Source: Octopus sinensis
Taxonomy: Eukaryota
Reading direction: 5' to 3'
Length of the DNA stretch: 64,000 bases
Assembly: GCF_006345805.1 (NCBI RefSeq)
Contig: NW_021836147.1
Span: 41,205-105,204 of the forward strand
Shown here: piece by piece, positions 37,558 through 49,724 of the stretch
Layout: every line of letters begins with the position of its first letter
How positions within the stretch are numbered: position 1 is the first letter of the stretch
Notes under the pieces: model-generated
What the model saw: the letters and a program-made list of their open reading frames with translations, nothing else
Databases searched by the model: none
What the model was told of the DNA's origin: nothing
Program-made: the position numbers and the translations under genes

Positions 37558-37713
37558 TTCAGCATTGGATATTCCAAGCGCATTCGGGTGCCTAGCAACT
37601 ATGGATCATCAGGGAAAAATTTTAGTGCATTCATAAAAGGATGCATTAAAGCGTCCCCCGGATGATTTGTTGCAGTTAGACATCCAAATGCACTTGGAAC
37701 ATCCAGTGCTGAA
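37558..37713. repeat. imperfect hairpin of about 156 nt
   Basis: AGCATTGGATATTCCAAGCGCATTCGGGTGCCTA pairs with TAGACATCCAAATGCACTTGGAACATCCAGTGCT, with further inner stems. Confidence 0.8.
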
Positions 37714-37727
37714 ATATGCGTAGGAAC

Positions 37728-37765
<38 letters not shown>

Positions 37766-39223
37766 CTGCCTGTCTGTGTGTGTGTGTGTGAGTGTGTGTC
37801 TGCCTGTCTGTGTGTGTATTTCTGTGTGTGTCTTTGTTTGTATATGTGTGTGTGCATGTGTGTGTGTATGTGTGTGTGCATGTATGTGTGTGTATGTGTG
37901 TGTGCATGTACGTGTGCGTATGTGTGTATCTTTGTGTGTGTCTCTGTGTGTATATGTGTGTGTGTATGTGTGCGCGTTTATCCATCTTTTACGTGTTTGC
38001 CTGTATGTACTTAAATGTGTGTGGGATCTTATTTTAAAGTTCAGAATGTCACAATACTACATTCCCTCAAAAGACATTGATCGGTTTAGTGCCGAGGTAG
38101 AAAACGCTTGCCCAAAGTGCCGCGCAGATGGACTGAAATATTCGTAACTACATAATTCTTGTATGTGCGTGTTTATGTGTGTATTTAGTATTTCCAGTGT
38201 AAGATGCTCGTTATATTCATGAATAATATTATTAAACTGTTATTTTTAGCAATACTGGTGGTTCTTAAACGTCTAATATAAAAGGCATTTTATATTTTCC
38301 GCTCTTGTATTGTTATTAAAATTTTTCAAGTGAACCGCTACTACAAATATACTCAACTACTACTACAGATGAATTACCTATAATCGCTTCAAAGCAACCG
38401 ATGCGCTAGCTACAAAGGTATGGTAAGTATATAGGGATAGTATGCAAAATAGTAGTAGTGGTGTAATCATATGTTCGTACAGAAAGTAGAGTTATTGGTA
38501 AGTTATTGTGGTCGGTGTGGCTGGCAGTATTGATGTCTAAAGTTGGTCGACATGGCTGAATCGAAGCTCTGAATAAGTTATTGAAATTTTCAAGTAAACC
38601 GTATTCATTGATGGTTCAGTTCATGACATTCTGCTACTGAGTTATTGTTTATAAGGTCGCGAATTAGCATGAAGAGGAGCATCGGCCGTGGTTTCAGTTT
38701 TTCGTGTGAATATACGAGAGAAACCAAACAATGAAAATGTGATTTCAAAATTATATGATTCTTTTGAATAAAAATGGCAATAGGTGATTATTCATATACC
38801 TCACATGATGATGAGAGAAATGAGAAATAGAAAGATTAAGAAATTGTTGCTTCATCGATTATTGCAACCGTCTTGGCTGTAGTCAATATCAATTTTTTCG
38901 TTAGTGGAGCAAATTCGAACTTATAGAATGTCATATATCATACAATCATTATAAATCTAATTCGAAATTTTTATAAAGCCCTTAATGTTTGCATTTAATT
39001 ATAACGTCCTTGATATTCGTAAATAGCTATTTCATCGAATCTCGTCAATTCGAAGTAGTAAAATATTTATTAATTACATTATATTCTTTCATCACAGAAA
39101 TGGGCAAGGAAAGGAGAAAATACTTTTGCAAAGAGAAGATATACGAAGCTATTTCACTACTTCTTATTATAGTTTATTAGTCGTCAGGGAACATAAAAGT
39201 AAGCTTAATTCTAAATTTATGTA

Positions 39224-40485
39224 TTAGGTCGTCAAGTATGAAATCTTTAGTAAGGTATATGGTAAACTTTTACAGCTGCTCATTTTCAGCCATTATTATA
39301 TTTTGACAATCTTTATTTTTTGTTAGAAAGCTGACACATCTATCTCTTCATTCTAACTCATTTTGCACTTTATAAAGTATTTATAAATTGTTTTTTGCTG
39401 TTTTTATTTAAAGATGGATAAGTTGGAAATTCGTACAGTTTTGAAATATGGGTTTTTTTCTTGGAAATACAGCATCACAGACAGCTTGGAATATTAATGG
39501 AGTATTTCGTTCTAATGTTATTACACAGCAGACAGTATCAAATTGGTTTGTAAAATTTCATTCTGGTAACTTTGACCTCACAAATGAGCAACGCGGTCGA
39601 CCAGAAACAAAGGTGGATAATAACGAACTGAAAGCCACCGTCGAGTCAGATCCATCTCAATGTGCCCGTGAATTATCGTTGTTGTTTGGTGTTAGCAAAC
39701 AAACAGTACTGACTCACGTAGTTCAAATCAGTAACGTGAAAAATTTGGATAAGTGGGTTCCACATGAACTCAATGAAAATCAGAAAGAACAACGTTTGGA
39801 AGCCTGCATTATGCTACTTTCTCGTCACAACAATGAGTCATTTTTAATCGAATTGTAACATGTGATGAGAAATGGATCTAATACAACAACAGTAAGCGTT
39901 CAGCACAATGGATGGGCAAAGACGAGCCACCAAAACACAGTCCAAAAATCAAAATTCATCAAAGGAAGCTGATGGTGTGTTTGGTGGTCTGGCGCAGGTG
40001 TATTACACTATGATTTCATTAAACCTTGCTCATCAATCACGGCCGAAGTATACTGCAGCCAACTGGACCAATTGATGCAGAAACTTACACAAAACAGCTT
40101 TGATTAGTCAACAGATCCACTCCTATTTTATTGCCAGACAACGCCAGACCACACATCGCAAAAATGACATTGGCAAATCTACAGGATTTGGAGTTGGGAC
40201 TTCTCCATCATCCACCATACTCACCCGATCTTGCCCCCACTGACTACCACTTCTTCCAGAATTTGGATAACTTTTTTATAGGAAAAACAATTAATTCCGA
40301 CGATGCTGTAAAGCAGGCCTTCCAAGATTTTATTGATTCTAGATTCCCAGGCTTTAACTGTTGGACAAGCTACAGCTGAAATGGCAATATGGGTGCATAC
40401 TTTGATGAATAAAACTATTCCTTGTATTTATAAAGCATTTGCAAACTTTTGTTCTTTTCTACAAATTTCATACTTGACGACCTAA
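39224..40485 (+). mobile_element. full-length mariner transposon (1262 bp) with a disrupted transposase
   Basis: Perfect 21-bp ITR TTAGGTCGTCAAGTATGAAAT, TA on both sides, ATG at 39414, motifs WVPHEL, TCDEKW, DNARPH and HPPYSPDLAPTDYHFF, several frameshifts. Confidence 0.95.
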
Positions 40486-41141
40486 TACAAATAAGAACAG
40501 TTCTAATGTATTTTCTTCTGTATTTTTCATTACAAGAAAACTTTTAAATATTGTTATGTTGGGATAATTTGTCTAAATTGAGTCAGCACAAACCTGCTGA
40601 CTCAATTCATCTAAAATTTACACAGCTGTTCATCTAATAGATCACACAGCCATTCGCTGCTGTGCAAAATAAAAGATAAAAAGTAGCAGATGTGTTTGAA
40701 AAGAAAAGCATCAAACAAAATATTAAATTCCCCGAAGAAGCTCAGACGTTACATAAAAAGAAGAGTTTGAGAATTAGTTAGTAAATGATAGAAAAGTTGA
40801 AATAGACGCAGTGATGAAGGATGATAGAATCGCAAATACGTTAAGCTTTTACACAGATATAGACTCTAAATTGTAAGAACAGAATGAACCAGATCCAGAA
40901 GGAGGAATGTCTCCAGATAGTGCGCAGATACAAGAAGCTCCAAAAAAAAAAAATTCGTCTCGACGTACAGCATAGAAGCCATGAATACGGAACATTTGCT
41001 AAATGCTGATAGCATGCAATCAACATTAGATAAATAATTTCTTATAATCTGTAATAAATCAAATGAATGATTGATCAAAGCACGCACTTGAAATAGTATT
41101 AGATTGAAATAATGATGCGTATACGGCATTGGCAGCAATAA

Positions 41142-41453
41142 TTTGTCTCAGAAAATAATCTTGTGTTAAAAGACATTATTTCTTAAAACACAGAGCTCGC
41201 TCAGAATGATGTCATCAGATTGTTATAGCCCATTGTTTCGGCCTTGTTTTGTCTTCTCAGTGACGCACAGACTTAGAAATTCCGATTTAAGTCGTAGCCT
41301 TATTTCGAATATGGAATTTATCAAACAAAACATTAGCTGCTTCTTTGCGGAAGCTAAGCAGACTGAAATTAAAGTGGCCTATTCGCTGACATCATTCTGA
41401 GGGAATAGTATGTTTTGAACACAAAATGTCTTTAATATGGCTTCTGAGACAAA
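41142..41453. mobile_element. MITE-like element with decayed ~70-bp TIRs
   Basis: Both ends read TTTGTCTCAGAA...TTAAA(A)GACATT..AAAACA..CTCAGAATGATGTCA in inverted orientation. Confidence 0.6.
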
Positions 41454-42199
41454 ATATAATATAGTTTATTAGACAAAATGTTACAACCAAAGCTGTCCTT
41501 ACTTTGTATATATAATATAAAGGTTATACACACTATTAAGTATATTATAATTTCAAGTCCATAATTTTCATATAGATTTTCCATATAATTTTATATAATT
41601 GAAACTTATGTGTAACAATGAGTACAAATTAACTCTACAGGACATATTCATAGTCGTCTACACTCTAAAATTTAGATAAATAAGATAAATTGAATATATG
41701 TATACTAATAAAGATATTCATGTAAGTAGTATTAATATTTATATATTGCAATTCACATTGTTAAATTGAAATATCAGTTAATTTAGCACTATTAGAACAT
41801 AGGTTTATGAAAGCCCCTTTGCACTTTAATATTACGTCATTTTTTCCAATGAAGTTTCTATTATCCTGCTTTGAACTTGATAAATATTGCATCTGAAAAA
41901 CAGAAACTTTTTACAAAATTAAAAACGGATTGTTGTTAGGGGATGTTTAGTTGCTTCCTATGAGGTTTTGGGGTTTTATTTATTCCTTTATTTGTTAGTG
42001 TATGTACAATTACATATATGAAAAGTACTAATTTTGATATATATAAATATCTTTATATCCAGCTTAATGTAATGTATCGTCAGAGCGCCGAATAGAGCAT
42101 TATTTACTTTGAGGGGACCCTTCATATGGACGCATGGTGCATAAATTACACTTATGTATATCGCTGGCAGACGAGAATCATCTGCTATGGGCGCCGGAA

Positions 42200-42245
42200 C
42201 TGACAGATCACATAATTTCGACAAGTCCTGTCTCTTCAGTGGTAG
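42200..42245 (-). ncRNA. hammerhead-like motif with an intact core and a weak stem I
   Basis: CUACCA-CUGAAGA-GACAG-GAC-UUGUC-GAAA-UU-AUGU-GA-U-C-UGUCAG; stem I has only 2+2 bp around a 2x2 mismatch. Confidence 0.4.
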
Positions 42246-42928
42246 ACGTCCAGTAGCCGCATGCCAGTCAAATCTCACCGCAATACTAATACCAAGAGGC
42301 AATCATTATATCCAACGTAACATGAATGTATTGTTAGAGCATTGAATACTGCGTTATATACCTTTAAATATGTGTGATTCTATGTACCAAACATCCATAT
42401 GGGAGATCCTCTGAAGGTAAATAATATGTTCTAACAATATAGCTACATTAAATTGGGTTTAAAGATTGCCTTTTGTTATAGGTACTGCTTCTGTAGCTAA
42501 TAATCATATATAAATATATTCTACTTTCATTTGTAATGAGTAAGTATATTCTTATCTACATTTATAATTGCATTTTCGTCCTAAATAAATTGAAATAACA
42601 TCATTTTAAACGTTCAAAAGTGAAACAGTGCGTTATTAATGTTTTCTTTCACAATTTCAAAACCTAATACAGCTATAGTAAGATTTTCACGTTCTTCACC
42701 TATGTAAATAAAACATTAGACTGAGATTCCTAAATCATTGTTTATGCTTTCTATTTCCTTTTTCTTAAAACAATATTAATTTCAATTTTTAAATTTCTGA
42801 CGTTCAAAGCAAAACTTCAAGCTGCCAAAGGTTTTTTGCGGGCCAGTGAGTAGTTTTCGACTTTATACACACGTGCACACACACACACACACACATACAT
42901 ACACACACGCGCGCGCGCGCGCGCAACA

Positions 42929-42973
<45 letters not shown>

Positions 42974-43066
42974 TATTTAAAACAACTTGATTCGATTCCG
43001 TGCTACTGCAAATTTTGCAGGCTCCTAATGGGAGCCCGATTCCTCCAGTCTTTTGGAACATATATG

Positions 43067-43108
<42 letters not shown>

Positions 43109-44260
43109 ATATACATATATGCTTATATGTATATATATATATGTATGTATTCATGTGTGTATGTATTATATAAAGTAAAAAATTCCCTCATATATATATG
43201 TATATATATATATGTATATATGTATCTGTGTGTGTGTATTTGTGTGGGGTGGTTGTAAAGATGGAGAAATAGAAATAAAATAGCATGTTACCAAAGGGAT
43301 GGAGTGATTGTATCAGATCATTCGGAATTGTTTCTTTTCATAACTGCGTTATTGTTTAAGATAGGAGAGTATGAGACCCCACCATGAAGTAAAACAATCT
43401 AAATTATTCAATTACTGAATGACATCATTCATAATAATATTGTAACAATAATAATTTTAAACAAATGAAGACAATATCTTTACAGCAATAACGATTTTAA
43501 ACAAACGAAAACAATATTGTCGTAACAATAATTTTAAACATATAGAAAGTATTTTGGGCCAATGCTTGACAACAGTCATTTTATAGAAAATCAAAGTAAT
43601 GCTATACTTTGAAACAGCAAACCAAGGAAATCAAGGAACAAACAATTACAGAACGTATTGTTCATGAATAGCAACGAAATTTTTTTTCAAGTGGGGAACA
43701 ACCTTTATGCTCATATCTCTGATATTGCGCCATCTCCTCGCAAATACTTTTAAGTAATTATTGAATAGTTCTTCAATTGTAACAATTGAATGGCTTCGAT
43801 TTTTTTCTTGGCATGAAAAAACAATATTTTTGTTGGCCGCCAAACATAATAAAAGTAGCTGCTGGCTCACAAAGTGAAAGTGGAAACAATAACTCAAGAG
43901 TCACTAAGATCTGAAGATAGCTTTTTTTTTAAAAAAAAAGAAAGAAATACGCTTAGCATAATAATACACTGAGAGGTTGGGGTAAAACTCCACACATAAA
44001 TGAATAAATGCTACTAATTTTTCAAGACTTGAGAGGATTGATGGAACAACATACCATTATATGAAAAATAGCTTTGTTGAATTGCTTTTAAAAATATTAA
44101 TTGTAATCAAATATAAAAAAAAGAAGAGGAAATTAAACAAAAGCTAGGCTCCAACACGAAAGTAATATGCCTCAAAGCGTTGCATAAGTACTATGACGTT
44201 CATGAAAATATTACGTTTCATACATACATACATATATTTACATATGTATCTATCTATCTG

Positions 44261-44337
<77 letters not shown>

Positions 44338-44360
44338 GTATATATGTATATATCTATATA

Positions 44361-44394
<34 letters not shown>

Positions 44395-44431
44395 CATACA
44401 TACATACATATATACATACATACATACATAT

Positions 44432-44473
<42 letters not shown>

Positions 44474-44988
44474 GTCTAAAGCTCAATGGGAACGCCAACA
44501 GATGTTGCAATTTGTTTCATCACATGTGCATTTATCTTCATCGCTTGCAAAACTAACACTACCACCATCACCATCACCATCACCAATATCGTTCATGCCC
44601 CTTATCGTAACAACGCTACTGCACTCGTCCTTCCTACCGCCATTACCCAAACACCTATTCACCCCAATTTCAACGATCTTTCCTTCACCTCTACAACTAC
44701 CCTTGTCATTACTACCACTTCAATTAATATATTGCCTGTAATTACTATGGAGATCAATGCAACAATCGCGTTACATACAGAAATGTATCTAGCGTGATTG
44801 TTATTATATGTATTAATGTTGAGAGTAAAGGTGTCAGTGAGTTAAGTTAATCAGTTTGGATGGTGGTATTGATGTAAGAACTGCTTGTATGTAATATATA
44901 TGGAGAGAAGAATCCGTTTATTTTAATCTTAAATAATATTATAACAATTATTCTTTTCTACTCTTGGCACAAGGCCCGAAAATTTTTT

Positions 44989-45076
44989 GGGGAGTGGTTA
45001 AGAGCGCGGTCTACAAACCCCAAGATTCCGAGTTCAATTCCAAGCAGTGACCTGAACAATAATAATAATAATAATG

Positions 45077-45125
<49 letters not shown>

Positions 45126-45272
45126 TGATGATAATAATAATAATAACATCGAAAAATACCTTAGAAATTTCCCCAAGACACCTGAAGAAGGCTGGAGGGT
45201 ATGTCAGCCGAAACATTGTGTTAACAACAAACAAGATGAGGACAAATATCCGTCGAATGTAAATAATGTAAA
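44989..45272 (+). mobile_element. tRNA-headed SINE-like element with (AAT)n spacer and hammerhead-like tail
   Basis: GAGTGGTTAAGAGCGCGG A-box remnant, GAGTTCAATTCC B-box (45030-45041), (AAT)n 45058-45145, hammerhead motif 45177-45222. Confidence 0.7.
45177..45222 (+). ncRNA. minimal type I hammerhead-like motif (stem III mismatch)
   Basis: GACAC-CUGAAGA-A-GGCUG-(10 nt)-CAGCC-GAAA-C-A-U-U-GUGUU; A at 45215 where G is needed. Confidence 0.55.
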
Positions 45273-45339
45273 TATATGAGCATGTTATCAACAAGGAACT
45301 TACATGCATCCAAATGTAACTAAATAATATATTGATTAC

Positions 45340-46020
45340 CAACCCCCAGCCTGTTGTTAATTTGGAGCCCTAGTCTGTGCATGAGTATAGCTTCCTTAAT
45401 TCTTAAGTTACCAAAATTTCTTTCATTGGCCTCAATTGTGATTGTTATGCTTTTGTAGGTATTCCGGCATCTGTCTAGATGTTTTCTGAAGGAGGAGGCT
45501 CTCGTGTTCTGATATTCTTTGATGCGGACATGTAACGGTCTTATTGTGCTACCCACATAGAACTTGTTGCATTTGTTATGTTGTATTCTATACACAACAT
45601 TTATCCGTTGGCACTAATCTGTGTCACGGATGGGACAGTTTGTTAGTGTGCATTGATTGTTGTTCCTTGTTTGTTTCTTTGCGTGGTGTCTTCTCAGAGA
45701 GGGGCCGGAGTGGGCTAGTTGTATGTCTAGCCCTTCTCTTCTTATGGTTCTTTGGATGGCTGTGGTTACCCTCTTGCTAAAATGGGGTATTTTAAGGAAG
45801 CATGTTTTGCTGGGTTTTCTGTGTTCGGCGTGTTGGTCGTATTGGGTACTTAAGCCGATTTACAATGGATCAAAGGGTATCCGTTTCAATATATCTAGGA
45901 AGAGTGTAGCGTGGGTCACCTTGTCCTCTGTCCTGCTGCACTTGCCCTGGATGCGTGCAAGTTCATTTCTGGCGTTTCCTATTTTGGCACCGAGTGGAAG
46001 TGCTGAAGTGTACTGAACAA
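45340..46020 (-). pseudogene. Penelope-like element C-terminus: linker and GIY-YIG endonuclease
   Basis: CFLKIPHFSKR..IRREGLDIQLAHSGPSLR..C..TNCPI, then YRIQHNKCNKFYVGSTIRPLHVRIKE..SSFRKHL..NLRIKEAIL..QINNR. Confidence 0.85.
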
Positions 46021-46279
46021 ACATGCTCATGTAATGTTTATAACAAAAAAAAGAGGAAAAAATAAGGAAAAGAGTAAGTTGCACGTATATCACATAACTT
46101 AGAAGTAGCGCTAAGGATGTACCAGCACACACGAGATTGTGACATGGCCGACCTCACGCACTTCTCATAAGGAATTCCGGTAGGAGCTTCGTGAGACCAC
46201 TGCTGAGACGCTTCCGAAAAACAAAAAAATAAAAGCCATTGGAAAACCGATTGTAGCAGCGACTCCATCAATTCCTATG

Positions 46280-46318
46280 GATATCTGAAGAAAGAATTTT
46301 ATTCCGAAATATCATATC
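46280..46318 (+). ncRNA. minimal type I hammerhead-like motif
   Basis: GAUAU-CUGAAGA-AA-GAAU-UUU-AUUC-C-GAAA-U-A-U-C-AUAUC: perfect 5-bp stem I, palindromic AUAU, AUC cleavage triplet. Confidence 0.6.
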
Positions 46319-46728
46319 AGACTATGAAGGATTAAATTACAACAGTTATTATAGTGCATTGTTGTGTCATTCAAAATATTTTATTCTTTAGAAAGATAAG
46401 AGTTTCTTCCTTTTCAAGATGAAGATTATTTTCGGAATATTTTCCCATTATGCACCGTTTTAGGTATTTATACCTGAAAACCTCTATCTTTAAAACTACT
46501 TGTTCGATTTACGCCAAACTTGTTTTATTGCGTTCGTATCAACATATCACGGTAAATCTAACTTCATAGTATTTTCCTATTATGTGCTGGGTAACATTGC
46601 AAGCAAGCAAGATTCAAACTGACTTTTAATGTATTATATATATTGATTGATTGATTGATTCTAGTTTCAGCTTATGAGCTGTGGCCATGCTGGGGCACCG
46701 CCATTTGGTGTTGCTACTTGGTTTCACT

Positions 46729-49724
46729 TCATGGAGGCTTTCTAGCAACTGCTATTTGGTGCATGAGAGAGTTCGATGCAGCTGCCCTCATCTGCCCCTC
46801 CTGCCGTGAAGTTGGTTCATCTGGGACACCTGACAGGAAGAGATCCAGCTTCATTTTAAAGACATCTGTATCCACCCCATGCAGGTCTCTCAGGTTCTTC
46901 GGGAGGATATTGAAGAGCTGTGGGCCTCGGAAGCCCAGGCTATCACAGAATCTTGTCCTACATCTTGATGGCAGGTTTGGAGTCCTAGGCACCACGCAGT
47001 GGCGCCCAGTTCTGGCATTTGCGTAACTCTCGATGCCAAAGTTCAGGACACTTCCCTCCAGGATCTTCCAGATGTATATTATGGCATATCTTTCCCGCCT
47101 ACGCTCCAGAGAATATAATTTTAATCTCTTGAGTCTTTCCCAGTAGCTTACATTCTGCATAGAGGCTATCTTCTTTGTGTAGCTTCGTTGGATCGCCTCA
47201 AGTTCTGTGATCAACTTGACACTGGATGGTGACCATAGCTGAGAGCAATAGTCAAAGTGGCTTAGGACAAGTGTCTTCCAGAGGACCATCATGGTTTTTT
47301 GTTCTCTTGTTCTAAAGGTTCTAAGAATCCATCCAGCCAGCCGTCTACATTTCATTGTCAGTTTAGCAACATGTACATGAAAGGTCGCGTCATCACTCAT
47401 GTGAATACCCAGGTCACGCACTGATTGTGCCTCTGGGATTGCAATCCCTCCGGGTCCAGTGTATTCATTGGGTATTGCATTCAGTTTTGCATGCTGATAG
47501 TATAAATCTTGAAATTTTCCAGCATTGAACTGCATGCTATTCTTTTCAGCCCACTTGTATATTTCGTCCAGCTCACATTGCAGGTGTTTAGTGTTCTCAG
47601 GGTTCTGTATTGCCTGTGAAACTTTTGTATCATCTGCATAACTTGTGATCGTGGCTCTCTGCGTGGCTGAGGGCATGTCTGAGAGGGCCATTATGAACAG
47701 TAGTGGTCCCAGAACAGTGCCCTGCGGAACACCGCTCACTATTTGTGTGTTAATGGAGGTGGCCCCATTGGCTACTACCACCTGACTTCTATCCTTCAGA
47801 AAGTCATGAAGCCATTCTCCCAGTTTTCCAACTATGTTGAGATCACGCAGTTTGTGACATATCATTCCATGATCGACTTTATCAAAGGCCTTTGCAAAGT
47901 CGAGATATATCACTTCCACATTTGAGTGGTTGAGCAGCCGTTTCAGCACCCAGTCATAGTGTTGTAGGAGCTGAGTTAAACAGCTTCTCCCTGGTCGGAA
48001 ACCATGTTGGGTGTCGGGCAGCAAGTCATTCTCTTCAAGGAAGGTGATCAGCTTCCTTCTGACTATTCGTTCCATGACCTTGCTGATGTGTGAGGTTAGA
48101 GAGATAGGTCTATAGTTCTTGGCTTCCGCTCTGCTACCTCCTTTATGAATGGGGCATATTTTACCTTCCTTCAGTTTTCCTGGAAGTTTGCCAGCTGCAA
48201 GGAAGCTCTGAAAGAGGAACTGCAGTGGTCTTGCTAGGACTCTCTTACATGCTTTTAGGAGGATTGCCGGGAATCCATCGGGGCCAGTAGCTGAGTCTGT
48301 TTTCATTTCATCTATAGCCTTGGTTACATCGTCTTCCTTTATATCGATGTAATCTATCGTCGCCGCCTCTGATTTTATATCTGCAGTGGTAAAAAAGTCA
48401 GTTGGATTGGTGATTTGGAGATGCCCAAGGGGTGGAGTGAAAACACTCTTGAATTGCTCATTCAGTATTTCACTTACCCTCATTGGTTTTCCTGTAAGTG
48501 TGCCATCCTTTTCGAGGAGTGGCCCTATTCTACAGTGCACTGTAGCTGTTTCTTTGGCATACCTGTAGAAAGCTCTGGGGTTAGATTTTATGTTTTCTAT
48601 AGCCCAGGCTTCTTTGTCTGCTCTTTCTTTTTCATGGGAGAGTTGCAGACATTTTTCGATTTCCAACAGTTTTATTTTTAGGCGGGACTTTTCACTACTT
48701 TCAATCTGTTTGTTTAGGCGATTTGAAAATTTCGTACGCCGTCTCATTAAAATTTTCCTCTCTCTGGGGATTTTGTTCTTGTGTACAGTGGCCTTTCTCT
48801 CTGGACACATTTGTAGCATATGGCTTGCATTACAGACATGAATTGTTGAAGTTTCACGTCGATGTCTGGCGAGGAGAGACATTTAGGCCAGTTTTGTTTG
48901 AGGATCTCTTTCTCAATTTGTTTCCAGTTTGCCTTATGGTAGTTCAAGCTGGAAAGATTTTGAGGGTTTCTTGTAGGCTGCATGTCCGTGCTCTCTTTTG
49001 GCCCGTACATGGTCAGCTCTATCATGTTGTGATCCGAGAGTAGTGTCGGTGTCACTTTCACATTACGGATGAGATCCATGTCATTTGTGAAGCAGAGATC
49101 CAGTGTGTTACCTGCCCTGGTTGGTTGGAGTATTACCTGCTCCATGTACAGGGTGTTGATGAGGTTCAGGAGGGACCTCGCCTGTCCTCGTTCACATCTT
49201 GTCATTCCTGGGAGAGAAAGGCCCTCGGGCCATCTGACATTGGGCAGATTGAAGTCTCCCATAAGAAGCACACCTATGTGTTGTTCTAATGTGGTTAGAA
49301 TTTCTTCTATTTTTATAAGGCAGTCTTCAAACTTGCCCACATGGCTTGGGGCATCTGGAGGGCGATATGTAGCACACACAACTACATCAAGTTGCCTAAT
49401 ATGAACAATTAGTGTGTCACACACCGAGTTTGAGTATGACAAGAGGACCTGGGGTGTGAGGTCCTCACGGATGTACATAGCAACACCTCCATGACTCCTT
49501 TCTTTCCTGTCGGTCCGTAGTACAGCATACTGTGGTATGTGTAACTCCGCATCTGCTATGTCCGGTTTCAGGTGCGTTTCTGTAAGTGCTATGCATAAGG
49601 CTTGATTGCATGCAACAAAGTCTCTCAGGAACGGGATCTTTGTCCTGTTACTGAGTGTTTGCAGTCCTCTGATGTTCAGTAGGAGTATCGAGGTGAGGTG
49701 TACGTTGTTGCCGGCGGTGTCCAT
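46729..49724 (-). CDS. LINE ORF2 (APE endonuclease + reverse transcriptase); 998 aa if one base is restored near 48803
   Basis: APE motifs LLNIRGL, LTETHL, GGVAMYI, ATYRPP, MGDFNLP, LDLCF, SDH. RT motifs YRPISLTS, QHGFRPGRSC, LDFAKAFD, GVPQGTVLGP, YADD. The two track ORFs overlap at 48747-48882 and differ by one base of frame. Confidence 0.9.

Noticed and set aside
37599-38147. His/Thr- and Cys/Val-rich ORFs (also at 16843, 21441, 42804 and 44193)
   Set aside because: Dinucleotide and tetranucleotide microsatellite artefacts.
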